IMG/VR virus record: IMGVR_UViG_3300023095_000002
Span: 1 to 49,631 of that record
DNA from: a virus
Lineage: Duplodnaviria > Caudoviricetes
DNA length: 49,631 nt
Reading direction: 5' to 3' (one strand)
Shown here piece by piece: positions 1 through 7,930 of this stretch (positions are counted from its first letter, which is position 1; every line of letters starts with the position of its first letter). The notes beneath the pieces are model-generated. The model had not been told where the DNA came from, made no database searches, and saw only the letters and a list, made by a program, of their open reading frames with translations. The translations under genes and the position numbers were made by a program.

Positions 1-16
1 CGGACATCTACGAGAC

Positions 17-142
17 TCGGGGTGTTCGAGCAGGGATTGATCGACAGCGCTGCCCTCCCAGAATGCGATCAACGATTCCTCGTCGGGCGCTGCTGCCACG
101 CCAGCAATGACAGTGCCGACGAAAGCTTCGGGGTCAAATTCT
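17..142 (+). repeat. 126-bp direct repeat, left copy (assembly circular overlap)
   Basis: tcggggtgttcgag...ggggtcaaattct is identical to 49506-49631. Confidence 0.95.
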
Positions 143-858
143 TCGGGCGGCTCGGGCGGCTCGGCGCGGCTGATCTGTTGAACCACTGGGGTGACGTCGC
201 GCATTTGCTCGGTGTCCGCAATCTCGCGGGCCTCAAACTCGTCACGAATTCCGCCCAGCACGTCGCCGAACAACTCGCGCAAGCACCAGCCGGCCGCGCG
301 CCAAGCCAACATGCGCTGCGGGTAACGATACCAAGGGGAATCGTTGGGCTTTTCATAGTCGCCGTTCTTGCCTGTCTTTTTGATGATCGCCTTGTCTGAC
401 CATAGCCCAGCTCGAACGGCGTCATCCTGGCTGAACTCGACGCGCTTATCTTCGCCAGTGTCGTTGCGTTTGGCTTCGCACCATCCAACCAATCGACCGT
501 CGCGCATGTCGCAGCCGGTGCGCAGATAGGCAACCTTCCCCGACTGGCGAACGACATTGATCAGGCCGTCGCCATAGAGCGCAGGCTTGCCGTTGATCAC
601 CGTGAAGCTGCGCAGCGAAACCATCGGCTGCAAGCCCAGCTCGGCGCCGGACATGATGGCAATCGCGACGGCGCTGGCCGCATTGTCGCCAGTCAAGTTT
701 CCGATGAGCGCAGCCGGCGCCAGACCGCCAATGCAAACGGCGCGCGCGATCCGCATCGTTTCTTCAAAAGTTTGGGGGACGATTGACAGAACCTCGCCGC
801 CAACGCGGAGGGGGGCTTTCTGCTGCGGTGCAACCTGTGTTCCTGTGGTGTCGCTCAT
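17..858 (-). CDS. RecT-like ssDNA-annealing recombinase, N-terminal part (continues at 49505-49370; about 325 aa in total)
   Basis: Manual translation MSDTTGTQVAPQQ...GAELGLQPMVSLRSFTVINGKPALYGDG...SPWYRYPQRMLAWRAAGWCLRELFGDVLGGI; ATG at 858 overlaps upstream TGA; absent from ORF track because it runs off the edge. Confidence 0.75.
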
Positions 859-2078
859 TGCTCATAAATCTCCATGCCTTTGATTTCTGTTTTTGCGCGG
901 GCCAGCTTGTCGGCCTTATCCTGCAGCCAGTCCTTGAAGTCCTGACCGTCCTTGATCGCGCGAATGAACTTGGCCTCGTCGACGATGCGACCCTTGCGCA
1001 CAACAGCCTTGCTGACGGCACGGCCATAGGCGCTGGACACCTTGGGCTTTTCGACGACAGCGGCTTCGACGACGACTTCCTTGGCCTCGACGAAAACCTC
1101 TTCGGCAACAACCTCGATGACTTCGGCCTCGACCTCAACAACCTTGGCGGCTTCGCCTGCTGCTGCGGCTTCGGCATCGGCGATGGCCTGCAGTCGCTCC
1201 CGCTCAAGCCGGGCGTTCTCATCGGCTATGGCCTGGCGCCGCAAGCGTTCGACGCGAGCGTTCTCATCAGCAATGGCTTGAAGCCGAACACGTTCAACGC
1301 GCGCCTCTTCGTCGGCGATGGCCTGTAGGCGCAAGCGTTCCTGCCGCGCTTCCTCGTCAGCTATCCGCTGCAGCCGAGCCCGCTCGGCCTTCTGGAATGC
1401 GTCGATCGCATCCTTGCTGTCCTTGATGGCAAGCGAGGCTGGCTGCAGAACCGGCACCCATTTCGTTTGAACGGCTGCGGCTGCCGCATCATGCGGAGCC
1501 TTTTCAATCTTGCGGCGCGCTTCACCGAGCTTGCCGGCCTCGGTCAAGATATCGATCTGAGCTGCGACCTTGTTGGCCTTGTCCTCGGTGTCGATCTTGC
1601 CTAGCGCTTCGATTGCCTTCTGCGCATTGCCGAGCTTGATCTTGATCTGCAGCCAGAACGGATCGACGGGGTTGCCGTCCTCGTCCAGTTCCATGTTGCC
1701 GCCTTCTTCGGCGGGCGTGTCGGGAATGATGTCGAGCTTCTCGGCGGCGCTCATGTTGCGCGCTTGCTTTCCGTCCGACCAAACGCCAGACGTCATGGCC
1801 TGATTATATTCCTCTTGCGTCACGGCAATGCACTTGACCCATGTGCTTTCGCCCATGAACGCGGTCAACTCGTCTGCGCCGTCCTTGGTGCTGTTGCCGA
1901 CGCGGTGACTGGCGACGCCCTCATGATCGTACCAAATGGCAACAGGCCAGTCGGTCTTGGTCTTCGCGCCAAGATAGCGCCAGAAGCCAGCAACGGGCTC
2001 GGCTGTGTCGCGGGCATCTGGGCCGCCTGGATTTTTCAGTTCGCGGCGCCAGTAGGCGTAATCTGATTGGTTAGCCAT
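855..2078 (-). CDS. Coiled-coil early protein with 15-aa tandem repeats, coupled to recombinase gene
   Basis: 407-aa ORF, helical E/R/A-rich, ATGA overlap with RecT-like gene. Confidence 0.8.
   Translation of the reverse strand: MANQSDYAYWRRELKNPGGPDARDTAEPVAGFWRYLGAKTKTDWPVAIWYDHEGVASHRVGNSTKDGADELTAFMGESTWVKCIAVTQEEYNQAMTSGVWSDGKQARNMSAAEKLDIIPDTPAEEGGNMELDEDGNPVDPFWLQIKIKLGNAQKAIEALGKIDTEDKANKVAAQIDILTEAGKLGEARRKIEKAPHDAAAAAVQTKWVPVLQPASLAIKDSKDAIDAFQKAERARLQRIADEEARQERLRLQAIADEEARVERVRLQAIADENARVERLRRQAIADENARLERERLQAIADAEAAAAGEAAKVVEVEAEVIEVVAEEVFVEAKEVVVEAAVVEKPKVSSAYGRAVSKAVVRKGRIVDEAKFIRAIKDGQDFKDWLQDKADKLARAKTEIKGMEIYEQ
1172..1390 (-). repeat. About 5 x 45-bp degenerate coding tandem repeat (ERxRLQAIADEEARx)
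   Basis: Seen in translation of 855..2078. Confidence 0.85.
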
Positions 2079-2100
2079 GATCGTCCCTTTGTTAAATCTG

Positions 2101-2238
2101 GGACTGGAATTCTAAAGGACGCCCGTTTATGTTTGGGCTTCCAAGCAGCGCTCCAGCCAAGCTTGGTATCGGGCAGGTTGAGCGTTGACGCGCTCCCTGC
2201 CCATTCATTTGAGCGCGTTCAGCGCCCGGTGTCCAGCC
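2101..2238 (-). ncRNA. Candidate multi-hairpin structured intergenic RNA
   Basis: Closing stem GGCUGGA/UCCAGUC encloses four hairpins; no family recognised. Confidence 0.3.
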
Positions 2239-2498
2239 TAATGTGGGTTCTGTTTGCCGTAAGATTTTCGCACGAGCGGCAGATCTCGTGTGTGCGGATA
2301 TTTCGCCCGGACGTTGTGAGCCTGCTTCTCGGTGCCGCTCCAAGCCATGCCGGGATTGTCGGTGCGCTTGGTCAGGTCGACCATGTTCAAATACCAAATC
2401 TTGCCTATCGCGTCGATCAAGCGAAACTCCAGCTTCGTCGTGGCCGCCCGCCCGTTCTTGTCGCTTAGACCGTCGAGGTCCATGACGCGCATGTTCAT
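2238..2498 (-). CDS. Hypothetical protein
   Basis: 86-aa ORF with purine-rich RBS, in operon orientation. Confidence 0.7.
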   Translation of the reverse strand: MNMRVMDLDGLSDKNGRAATTKLEFRLIDAIGKIWYLNMVDLTKRTDNPGMAWSGTEKQAHNVRAKYPHTRDLPLVRKSYGKQNPH

Positions 2499-2525
2499 TT
2501 GTCGTTGCCCTTCCCTGCGGTAATT

Positions 2526-2553
2526 CCCAGCGCGCGGGGTTGTGCGCGCTGGG
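2526..2553 (-). other. Strong GC hairpin downstream of Gly-rich gene (no U-tract; stabiliser or pause)
   Basis: cccagcgcgc ... gcgcgctggg 10-bp stem. Confidence 0.5.
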
Positions 2554-2573
2554 GTAGATTGGAACTGCCCAGC

Positions 2574-2975
2574 TTAGTGGCCGACGAAGCCGATGCCGCC
2601 GCCAGCAACGCCGCCGACGCCTGCAAAGCCAGCGCCAACGCCGCCCGTCTGGTTCCAAGCTGCGCCGTTGCCGTTCACCAGCGAGCCCGAGGTCGAAGCC
2701 GACCCCGAGTTGCCGGAGAAGCCAGCCTGCACGCCGCCCATGTCGACGCGGAAGTTCGATGCTGCATTGGCAAAGGCCTCGGTCTTGCCGAAGGATTCGC
2801 CGCCGCCAAACTCGCCGCCCTGGGCAAAGGTAGCCGAGAACGTGCCAGAGCCGTCAGCCAGCACGACGCCGCCGAATGCACCGAAGGCGCCGAAATGAAC
2901 GTCGGTAGCCTGGGCAGGAACGGCAAAGGCAAGAGCAGACAGGGCAACGGCAGCGATCATGGTCTTGATGTTCAT
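2574..2975 (-). CDS. Secreted Gly/Ala/Ser/Phe-rich protein
   Basis: Sec signal MNIKTMIAAVALSALAFAVPAQA; GAGGA RBS; low-charge Gly-rich mature part. Confidence 0.85.
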   Translation of the reverse strand: MNIKTMIAAVALSALAFAVPAQATDVHFGAFGAFGGVVLADGSGTFSATFAQGGEFGGGESFGKTEAFANAASNFRVDMGGVQAGFSGNSGSASTSGSLVNGNGAAWNQTGGVGAGFAGVGGVAGGGIGFVGH

Positions 2976-3046
2976 AGTTCAATCCTCTTAACGATGGGCC
3001 AATCCCACCTCACTGGCTGCCACAGCGGACAGCCAGGAAGGCGTTA

Positions 3047-3556
3047 TCAGGGCTTGGTGTGGATCACGCCGTCTGCGGTGCGGTACTGGGCGCCGCTGGG
3101 CATGTCAGAGATACGCATGCGCTGGGTCGTGGGCGCCGCGCTGACGCCGGCACGGTCGGCATACTGCGGGCAAATGAACTGACCCGAATTGTACATCGCG
3201 ATTGCCATCTTGGGGCGTTCGCAAAGCCGGTGGATCGCGGCGACGTTCAAGCCAACACCGACCAGCGTTCGGGCGTCGAGCCGCGCGTCACAGCCTTCGT
3301 CAACGCCAGTGCTGCCGAACGAAATGCCAAAGCCTGGGCCGGAAATGCCGGACGACGCCGACGATGTGCAAGTCTCGATGCCAGCGGCGGCAAGGCCGGG
3401 GGCATAAGCGCCGGGCGCCTGCCGGGTGCTGGTGCTGTTCTGGTTGACCACGGCGCCAGACTGGGAAAGCGATTGCGATAGTGCCGTCGCTTCCTGTGCC
3501 ATGGTGGGCGCGATCATCAATGCGGAGAATGCGAGAATGGAAAAAATTTTGTTCAT
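3047..3556 (-). CDS. Secreted 4-Cys protein of unknown function
   Basis: Start at ATG 3556 (GAGG RBS); signal MNKIFSILAFSALMIAPTMA; motif APGLAAAGIETC...GISFGST..DEGC..RL.AR.L...LC...CP. Confidence 0.85.
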   Translation of the reverse strand: MNKIFSILAFSALMIAPTMAQEATALSQSLSQSGAVVNQNSTSTRQAPGAYAPGLAAAGIETCTSSASSGISGPGFGISFGSTGVDEGCDARLDARTLVGVGLNVAAIHRLCERPKMAIAMYNSGQFICPQYADRAGVSAAPTTQRMRISDMPSGAQYRTADGVIHTKP

Positions 3557-3623
3557 GGTGTGCCTCGTGATTGAGCAATAGCGCCCAGTGCATCGGCCCG
3601 CTGCGGGGTCGATGGGTTGGGTT

Positions 3624-4037
3624 CTAACGCTTGGTGCCAAGCCCGTTGTCTTTGGCCAGTTGTGAACGGACCGCCGAATAGTTTGGCGCAACCATTGGAT
3701 AGTCGGCTGGCAAGCTCCATTTTGCCCGATACTGTTCCGGTGTCATGCCAAGCTTTCCAATGTGTCGGCGAATGCTTTTGAATTTCTGCCCATCTTCAAG
3801 GCAGATGATGAAATCTGGCTGCACCGACTTCTTGATCGGCACGGCTGGCACAAGCTGCTCATCTTCCACGATAGCAGGGGCGCCCGATGTCAGCCCGACG
3901 ATGGTGGAATAGACGGACTTGATCGCGGACAGCAAGTCTTCTCCCGATGCCATGCGCCCTTGTGCGGTGACGATGGCGACAGTTGCTTCGAGCGGCCCCA
4001 TGCTGAAAGGGCCGATGTCGTCCAGTTTTTCGTTCAT
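3624..4037 (-). CDS. mucR: Ros/MucR family transcriptional regulator
   Basis: PAVPIKKSVQPDFIICLEDGQKFKSIRRH...MTPEQYRAKWSLPADYPMVAPNYS..RS.LAK..GLG signature. Confidence 0.95.
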   Translation of the reverse strand: MNEKLDDIGPFSMGPLEATVAIVTAQGRMASGEDLLSAIKSVYSTIVGLTSGAPAIVEDEQLVPAVPIKKSVQPDFIICLEDGQKFKSIRRHIGKLGMTPEQYRAKWSLPADYPMVAPNYSAVRSQLAKDNGLGTKR

Positions 4038-4177
4038 GGTTGAATGCTCCGTTCGCACACGTCATTCGAGTGCGTTTGTTGACAGGTGGCGGTTGCCTCT
4101 GTGGTGCTGGTGAAATCCCAAAGCGCCATGAAAAACAGCAGGGCGATGATTGAGACGATGATGATCTTTATGGTCAT
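4034..4177 (-). CDS. Small membrane or secreted protein (47 aa)
   Basis: MTIKIIIVSIIALLFFMALW hydrophobic N-terminus, 2 Cys; ATGA overlaps on both sides. Confidence 0.7.
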   Translation of the reverse strand: MTIKIIIVSIIALLFFMALWDFTSTTEATATCQQTHSNDVCERSIQP

Positions 4178-4365
4178 GGCAGCTTCCATCCGCACCGAGC
4201 CGCGGTAATCCGCTCGCGTCGGGCAAACTCGACCGACTTCCGAGCCGATGTCAGCCACCAAGGATCGCGAAGCTCGACCGCACAGCGCCGGTTTATTGCC
4301 GCACTATTCAGGCAAACCACGGCGCTCTGAGCTGCCTGCTTGCCAATCCACTGTAGTCCCTTCAT
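4174..4365 (-). CDS. Hypothetical protein
   Basis: 63 aa, ATGA-coupled on both sides. Confidence 0.65.
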   Translation of the reverse strand: MKGLQWIGKQAAQSAVVCLNSAAINRRCAVELRDPWWLTSARKSVEFARRERITAARCGWKLP

Positions 4366-4556
4366 TCGATCACCGCCTTAAACAGAGCCGCGACTGCAGC
4401 CTCTTTGGTTTCACCAGCGCACATCACCTCGACGCGCAGGCCATCATGGCGCACGGTTGCCCATGGCCGGGGATAGTCTGACGTGCCAGGGATGGCGCCG
4501 ACATAGACCGGGTTCCCGGCTGCGGCTTCGATTTGTTTGATCACCTGGTCCATCAT
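4362..4556 (-). CDS. Hypothetical protein, first gene of leftward operon
   Basis: 64 aa, GGAG RBS upstream. Confidence 0.7.
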   Translation of the reverse strand: MMDQVIKQIEAAAGNPVYVGAIPGTSDYPRPWATVRHDGLRVEVMCAGETKEAAVAALFKAVIE

Positions 4557-4694
4557 CGTTGCTCCAGTTCCGATGCCTGATACTGACCACCGATTTGCGG
4601 CGGCGTCAATATGTATTTTGCGGCTGATTGCATTTTACAAGCCGCAACAAATCTGCGATGGTGATTTGGCGAATTGCAATATGGAGGTCCGCTT
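4557..4694. promoter_or_regulatory. Divergent control region with leftward sigma70-like promoter and operator-like inverted repeat
   Basis: Minus-strand TTGACG (4609-4604) N18 CAGTAT; TTGCGGCT...AGCCGCAA inverted repeat near 4618-4647 and an extra TTGCGGC near 4595. Confidence 0.55.
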
Positions 4695-4847
4695 GTGGAC
4701 AAGGACGATGTGAAAATGAGCGTGCGTGTTCCGGCCGGAACGTATGATGCGCTCAAGGAACTGGCGAAGAAAGACGGGCGCACCCTGCAGGGCTATGTGT
4801 TCCGCCTGATCGACGCCCATGTTGCTCGGAAAGGTAAATCGGAATGA
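4695..4847 (+). CDS. Ribbon-helix-helix (Arc/CopG-like) DNA-binding protein, 50 aa
   Basis: GGAGG RBS, GTG start; MDKDDVKMSVRVPAGTYDALKELAKKDGRTLQGYVFRLIDAHV; below ORF-track cutoff. Confidence 0.85.
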   Translation: MDKDDVKMSVRVPAGTYDALKELAKKDGRTLQGYVFRLIDAHVARKGKSE

Positions 4848-5245
4848 GCAAGTTCAACGTCGGCGATGAGGTCTATCGCTATCGCGACCTGACCGACTCT
4901 CTGAACAAATATTTCAGAGGCTGGCCGTTCAAGATTGCAGCGGTCAACCTGGGAGGGACTTCGATCATTGACCCGGAGGCTGGCTGCCATTCGGCTGAAT
5001 ACCTCTTGCACGTCGCCGAAACCCAAGAGGCCGGGCCTGTTCGCACCGAGACTGTAACGCGCAAGGTCATCGTGCCGGGTGTTTATGGGCGTGCTGAGGT
5101 CGACAGTGTTTATGACGGTGGCGTTAACCTGAAATTCCGCACTACGTTCGGATCATCTTCCGGCATTTGGACGTTCTCTGCATCCGAGCTTCGATCTCTT
5201 GGCCGTCTCGCCATATCCCTAGCCGAAGCACTGGAACAATCCTAA
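4844..5245 (+). CDS. Hypothetical protein
   Basis: 133 aa, MSKFNVGD.V phage-type N-terminus, ATGA overlap. Confidence 0.75.
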   Translation: MSKFNVGDEVYRYRDLTDSLNKYFRGWPFKIAAVNLGGTSIIDPEAGCHSAEYLLHVAETQEAGPVRTETVTRKVIVPGVYGRAEVDSVYDGGVNLKFRTTFGSSSGIWTFSASELRSLGRLAISLAEALEQS

Positions 5246-5700
5246 TGGCTGCGGGCAAGGCTTGGACGCGCATCGGTCGCCAGAACGGCTCGGACATTGG
5301 CAAGCGGGCCGTCAAGGTTTACCGCTGCAATGGCTGCGGCGTTCATCACAAGGGCGCCAAGCCTGCCCAGTGCATGGGCTGTGGACGAATGGACTTCACC
5401 AGATTCGACAGCATCGGGGAAGCGAACCATTATTCCAAGCTGCTGCTGCGCCAGCGGGCCGGGGAAATCTCCGGCCTCGAGGCTCACGTCCCATTCCCGT
5501 TGATGACTATCGGCAAGAATGGACTCCCCTGCAAATTCGCCACTTACGAGGCCGATTTTGTCTATGTCGAGGATGGCGAGCGCGTCATTGTCGATTGGAA
5601 ATCAAGCGGCGGCATTGATCCGTCTGCTGCTTTGAAGCTCCGCGTCATGGAAGCCGCGGGCAATCCTGTCAGGATCGAAACCGATAAAGGAACGGTGTGA
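5245..5700 (+). CDS. DUF1064-like PD-(D/E)xK nuclease (possible resolvase) with N-terminal zinc ribbon
   Basis: FDSIGEA.HY..L......GEI..L..HVPFPL...YEADFVY..DG..VIVDWK; CxxC...CxxC upstream. Confidence 0.75.
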   Translation: MAAGKAWTRIGRQNGSDIGKRAVKVYRCNGCGVHHKGAKPAQCMGCGRMDFTRFDSIGEANHYSKLLLRQRAGEISGLEAHVPFPLMTIGKNGLPCKFATYEADFVYVEDGERVIVDWKSSGGIDPSAALKLRVMEAAGNPVRIETDKGTV

Positions 5701-6284
5701 TGCCAATGGCAAATGAATTCGTGAACGATGACGGCGACAGACTTACCGACGAGGCGGGCCAGCAGATCGAAGCAACGATCTTCAAACAGGGCCAGGAATA
5801 CGCGGCCCGCAACCAGCGATCCAAGATCGAGAACAAAGGTCGAGCCGAAAGCCGCGCCCGGATCAAGGAATTAGGGCTCGACAGCAACGCCTATGCGACG
5901 GCGGTTCGGCTGATCAAGGACAAGACCAAGGGCGAGCGCGACGCCTGGCTGCGCGATCTGCAACTGACGCTCAAGGTGCTTGGTTCGAAACAGGCCGAGC
6001 TATTCCCCGAGGAAGCCTTGAAGGCCGAGGCTCGAGCTGCCCGCAAGGCCGAGGCTGCAGCCGGCAAGCCCCGCTCGCAAGCCGAACTCGACGCCAAGAC
6101 CGATACAGATCCCGCGTCCGATCCAGCCAACGGCGGCGCCCAGATCGATCTTGAAGAGGCGATCGCCGCCCAGACAGCAGCCGAGCAGGCCGAAGGCGAA
6201 CAGGTTCTCGCCAAGGCTCCGAGCAATAAGAAATCTCAGTCGGCCAAGGTCGCTGAGAAGAACGCAGCAGCAGGTATCCACTAG
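5700..6284 (+). CDS. Putative GapR/DUF2312-like DNA-binding protein with acidic tail
   Basis: R.RIKELGLD..AY..AVRL.K......R......L...L..LG resembles GapR helix pattern; remote similarity only. Confidence 0.5.
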   Translation: MPMANEFVNDDGDRLTDEAGQQIEATIFKQGQEYAARNQRSKIENKGRAESRARIKELGLDSNAYATAVRLIKDKTKGERDAWLRDLQLTLKVLGSKQAELFPEEALKAEARAARKAEAAAGKPRSQAELDAKTDTDPASDPANGGAQIDLEEAIAAQTAAEQAEGEQVLAKAPSNKKSQSAKVAEKNAAAGIH

Positions 6285-6286
6285 CT

Positions 6287-6523
6287 ATGCTGCTCTATGG
6301 CGGGCTGCGAGTTATCATTGACGATGTGACGATGGCTAAGATGGAGGAGGATTGGTCGGGTGTTCGTTCGCCGTCGCGCGCCATTCGTCGCCGTCGTCGC
6401 GGCTTCCGCCAGAACGTCAAGATGGTGAAGCGGGCAATTCCTGATGCCTACCGCATGGGAGACACGCTCGTCATGCACTCGGCAACCTGGGCAAAGCTTC
6501 AACACTTGACGACGCGCGGCTAA
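6287..6523 (+). CDS. Hypothetical Arg-rich protein
   Basis: 78 aa, EDWSGVRSPSRAIRRRRRG. Confidence 0.7.
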   Translation: MLLYGGLRVIIDDVTMAKMEEDWSGVRSPSRAIRRRRRGFRQNVKMVKRAIPDAYRMGDTLVMHSATWAKLQHLTTRG

Positions 6524-6684
6524 CAGCGCAAAAAGATTGGGCGCCGAGAGTTCCACCTCCCGACGCCCTGAACCAAAGCGGATAGAAGCCGCGTTTGATA
6601 TTCGATTGCCCGATTTTATACGGGCTTCCCTTGTCCAATGCAACGCTCCCGGCTTGGTTCATCGCAAGATGGATTGGATTTATC

Positions 6685-7503
6685 ATGGCCGAGTTTCCGG
6701 CGTTTCCTTTATGGACCGACGCCTATCTAGCAGACACGACCGAGCTGACGACGCTTGAGCATGGCGCGTATCTTCTGCTGCTCATAGCGATGTGGCGGGC
6801 CGGTGGATCGCTTCCAGATGACGACGCAAAGCTCGCTCGATTTACCCGCTTGGGACCGAAGCAATGGGCATCGATGCGGCAATCAATTGGTCATTTCTTC
6901 AAGGTCGAAAACGGTCGTTTGACGCAGGGCCGACTGCTCGACGAGTTGGAAAAGGCTCGCTCTAGATCAAAGAAGGCTTCGGACAGCGCGCGTGCTAAGT
7001 ATCGGAAAACAAACACGTCACCACCTGCGAACGCTAAGTCTGAGCATAGCCCCGCGACTGCTTCCACTACCACTTCCATATCCATTACCAATAAAGAAGA
7101 AGATACCTCACTTCGTTCGGTAGCGCCGCAAGCGGCTTCAACCCGCAAACGAGGAACCCGCCTTGATGAAAATTGGGTGTTACCAAAGGCGATGGGAGAA
7201 TGGGCTTTAGAACAAGGTTTGCCACGCGACCGCATCCTACTCGAAGCCCAAAAAATGCGGGACTGGTCCATCAATGCTGGTGCCAAGGGCGCAAAGGTCG
7301 ACTGGTTCGCGGCATGGCGCAACTGGGTTCAAAAGGCGATCGACGAGCTGCCAGCCAACAAGGCAGCAGCAAAACCACTGAAAGGCTTGGCGCTCGTTCG
7401 TGAGCAGCTTCGACAGGAGATTGAGAATGAAGGATTTGGCGGCGAGGAAAGTGCAGATAACCACCCTGTTCGAAGGCTGGCCTTCAATGGCGGGGGTCTT
7501 TGA
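6685..7503 (+). CDS. DUF1376 (YdaU-like) phage replication initiator
   Basis: PAFPLWTDAYLADTTELTTLEHGAYLLLL..MW..GG.LPDDD..LAR; C-terminal RGTRL...W....KVDWFAAWRNW domain. Confidence 0.88.
   Translation: MAEFPAFPLWTDAYLADTTELTTLEHGAYLLLLIAMWRAGGSLPDDDAKLARFTRLGPKQWASMRQSIGHFFKVENGRLTQGRLLDELEKARSRSKKASDSARAKYRKTNTSPPANAKSEHSPATASTTTSISITNKEEDTSLRSVAPQAASTRKRGTRLDENWVLPKAMGEWALEQGLPRDRILLEAQKMRDWSINAGAKGAKVDWFAAWRNWVQKAIDELPANKAAAKPLKGLALVREQLRQEIENEGFGGEESADNHPVRRLAFNGGGL
6990..7110. other. Possible replication origin in initiator linker
   Basis: GCTAAGT at 6994 and 7033 followed by low-complexity CCA/purine-biased tract; by analogy to lambdoid ori inside gene O. Confidence 0.25.
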
Positions 7504-7930
7504 AATGTCGCATGTCGAAACCTATTGCGATGCGACCAAGGACGTTTCACTCGAAGCCCTGACGCGATCAGTTGAGCAATTCAAATCGGGGCGCGTGGAG
7601 CGCAATAACTCGTTCCCGCCTGCTGCGGCCGAAGTTGCCGAGAACGCCCGCCAGTGGCAGCGCGCGCTCGACAGCCGTGCCAGCAATAGCGGCCCGCCGC
7701 TCCACAACGGACTTTTGGAAATGGACTGGGGCCAAGGCATGGTCAACCTTCGCGGCCTGACCAATGCCGAGCAGGATCAGGTTATCGCAGCCAAGGGCGT
7801 CGGGCCGGATGGGCGGTCGCTGGCCTATATGCCGGTCGAGCAGATTCGCGTCGCGATTAGCCAGGGTGATATTGCGCAACTGGATGGTGGCAATTCGTTT
7901 AAGGCGCCGCGCCTCGGCCGCATTTCATGA
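7427..7930 (+). CDS. Putative helicase loader (lambda P/G39-like position)
   Basis: Overlaps initiator 3' end; FPPAAAEV motif. Confidence 0.5.
   Translation: MKDLAARKVQITTLFEGWPSMAGVFEMSHVETYCDATKDVSLEALTRSVEQFKSGRVERNNSFPPAAAEVAENARQWQRALDSRASNSGPPLHNGLLEMDWGQGMVNLRGLTNAEQDQVIAAKGVGPDGRSLAYMPVEQIRVAISQGDIAQLDGGNSFKAPRLGRIS

Noticed and set aside
22-883. Track ORFs 22..399, 69..557, 446..736, 587..883
   Set aside because: All overlap the real minus-strand RecT-like frame that the track missed
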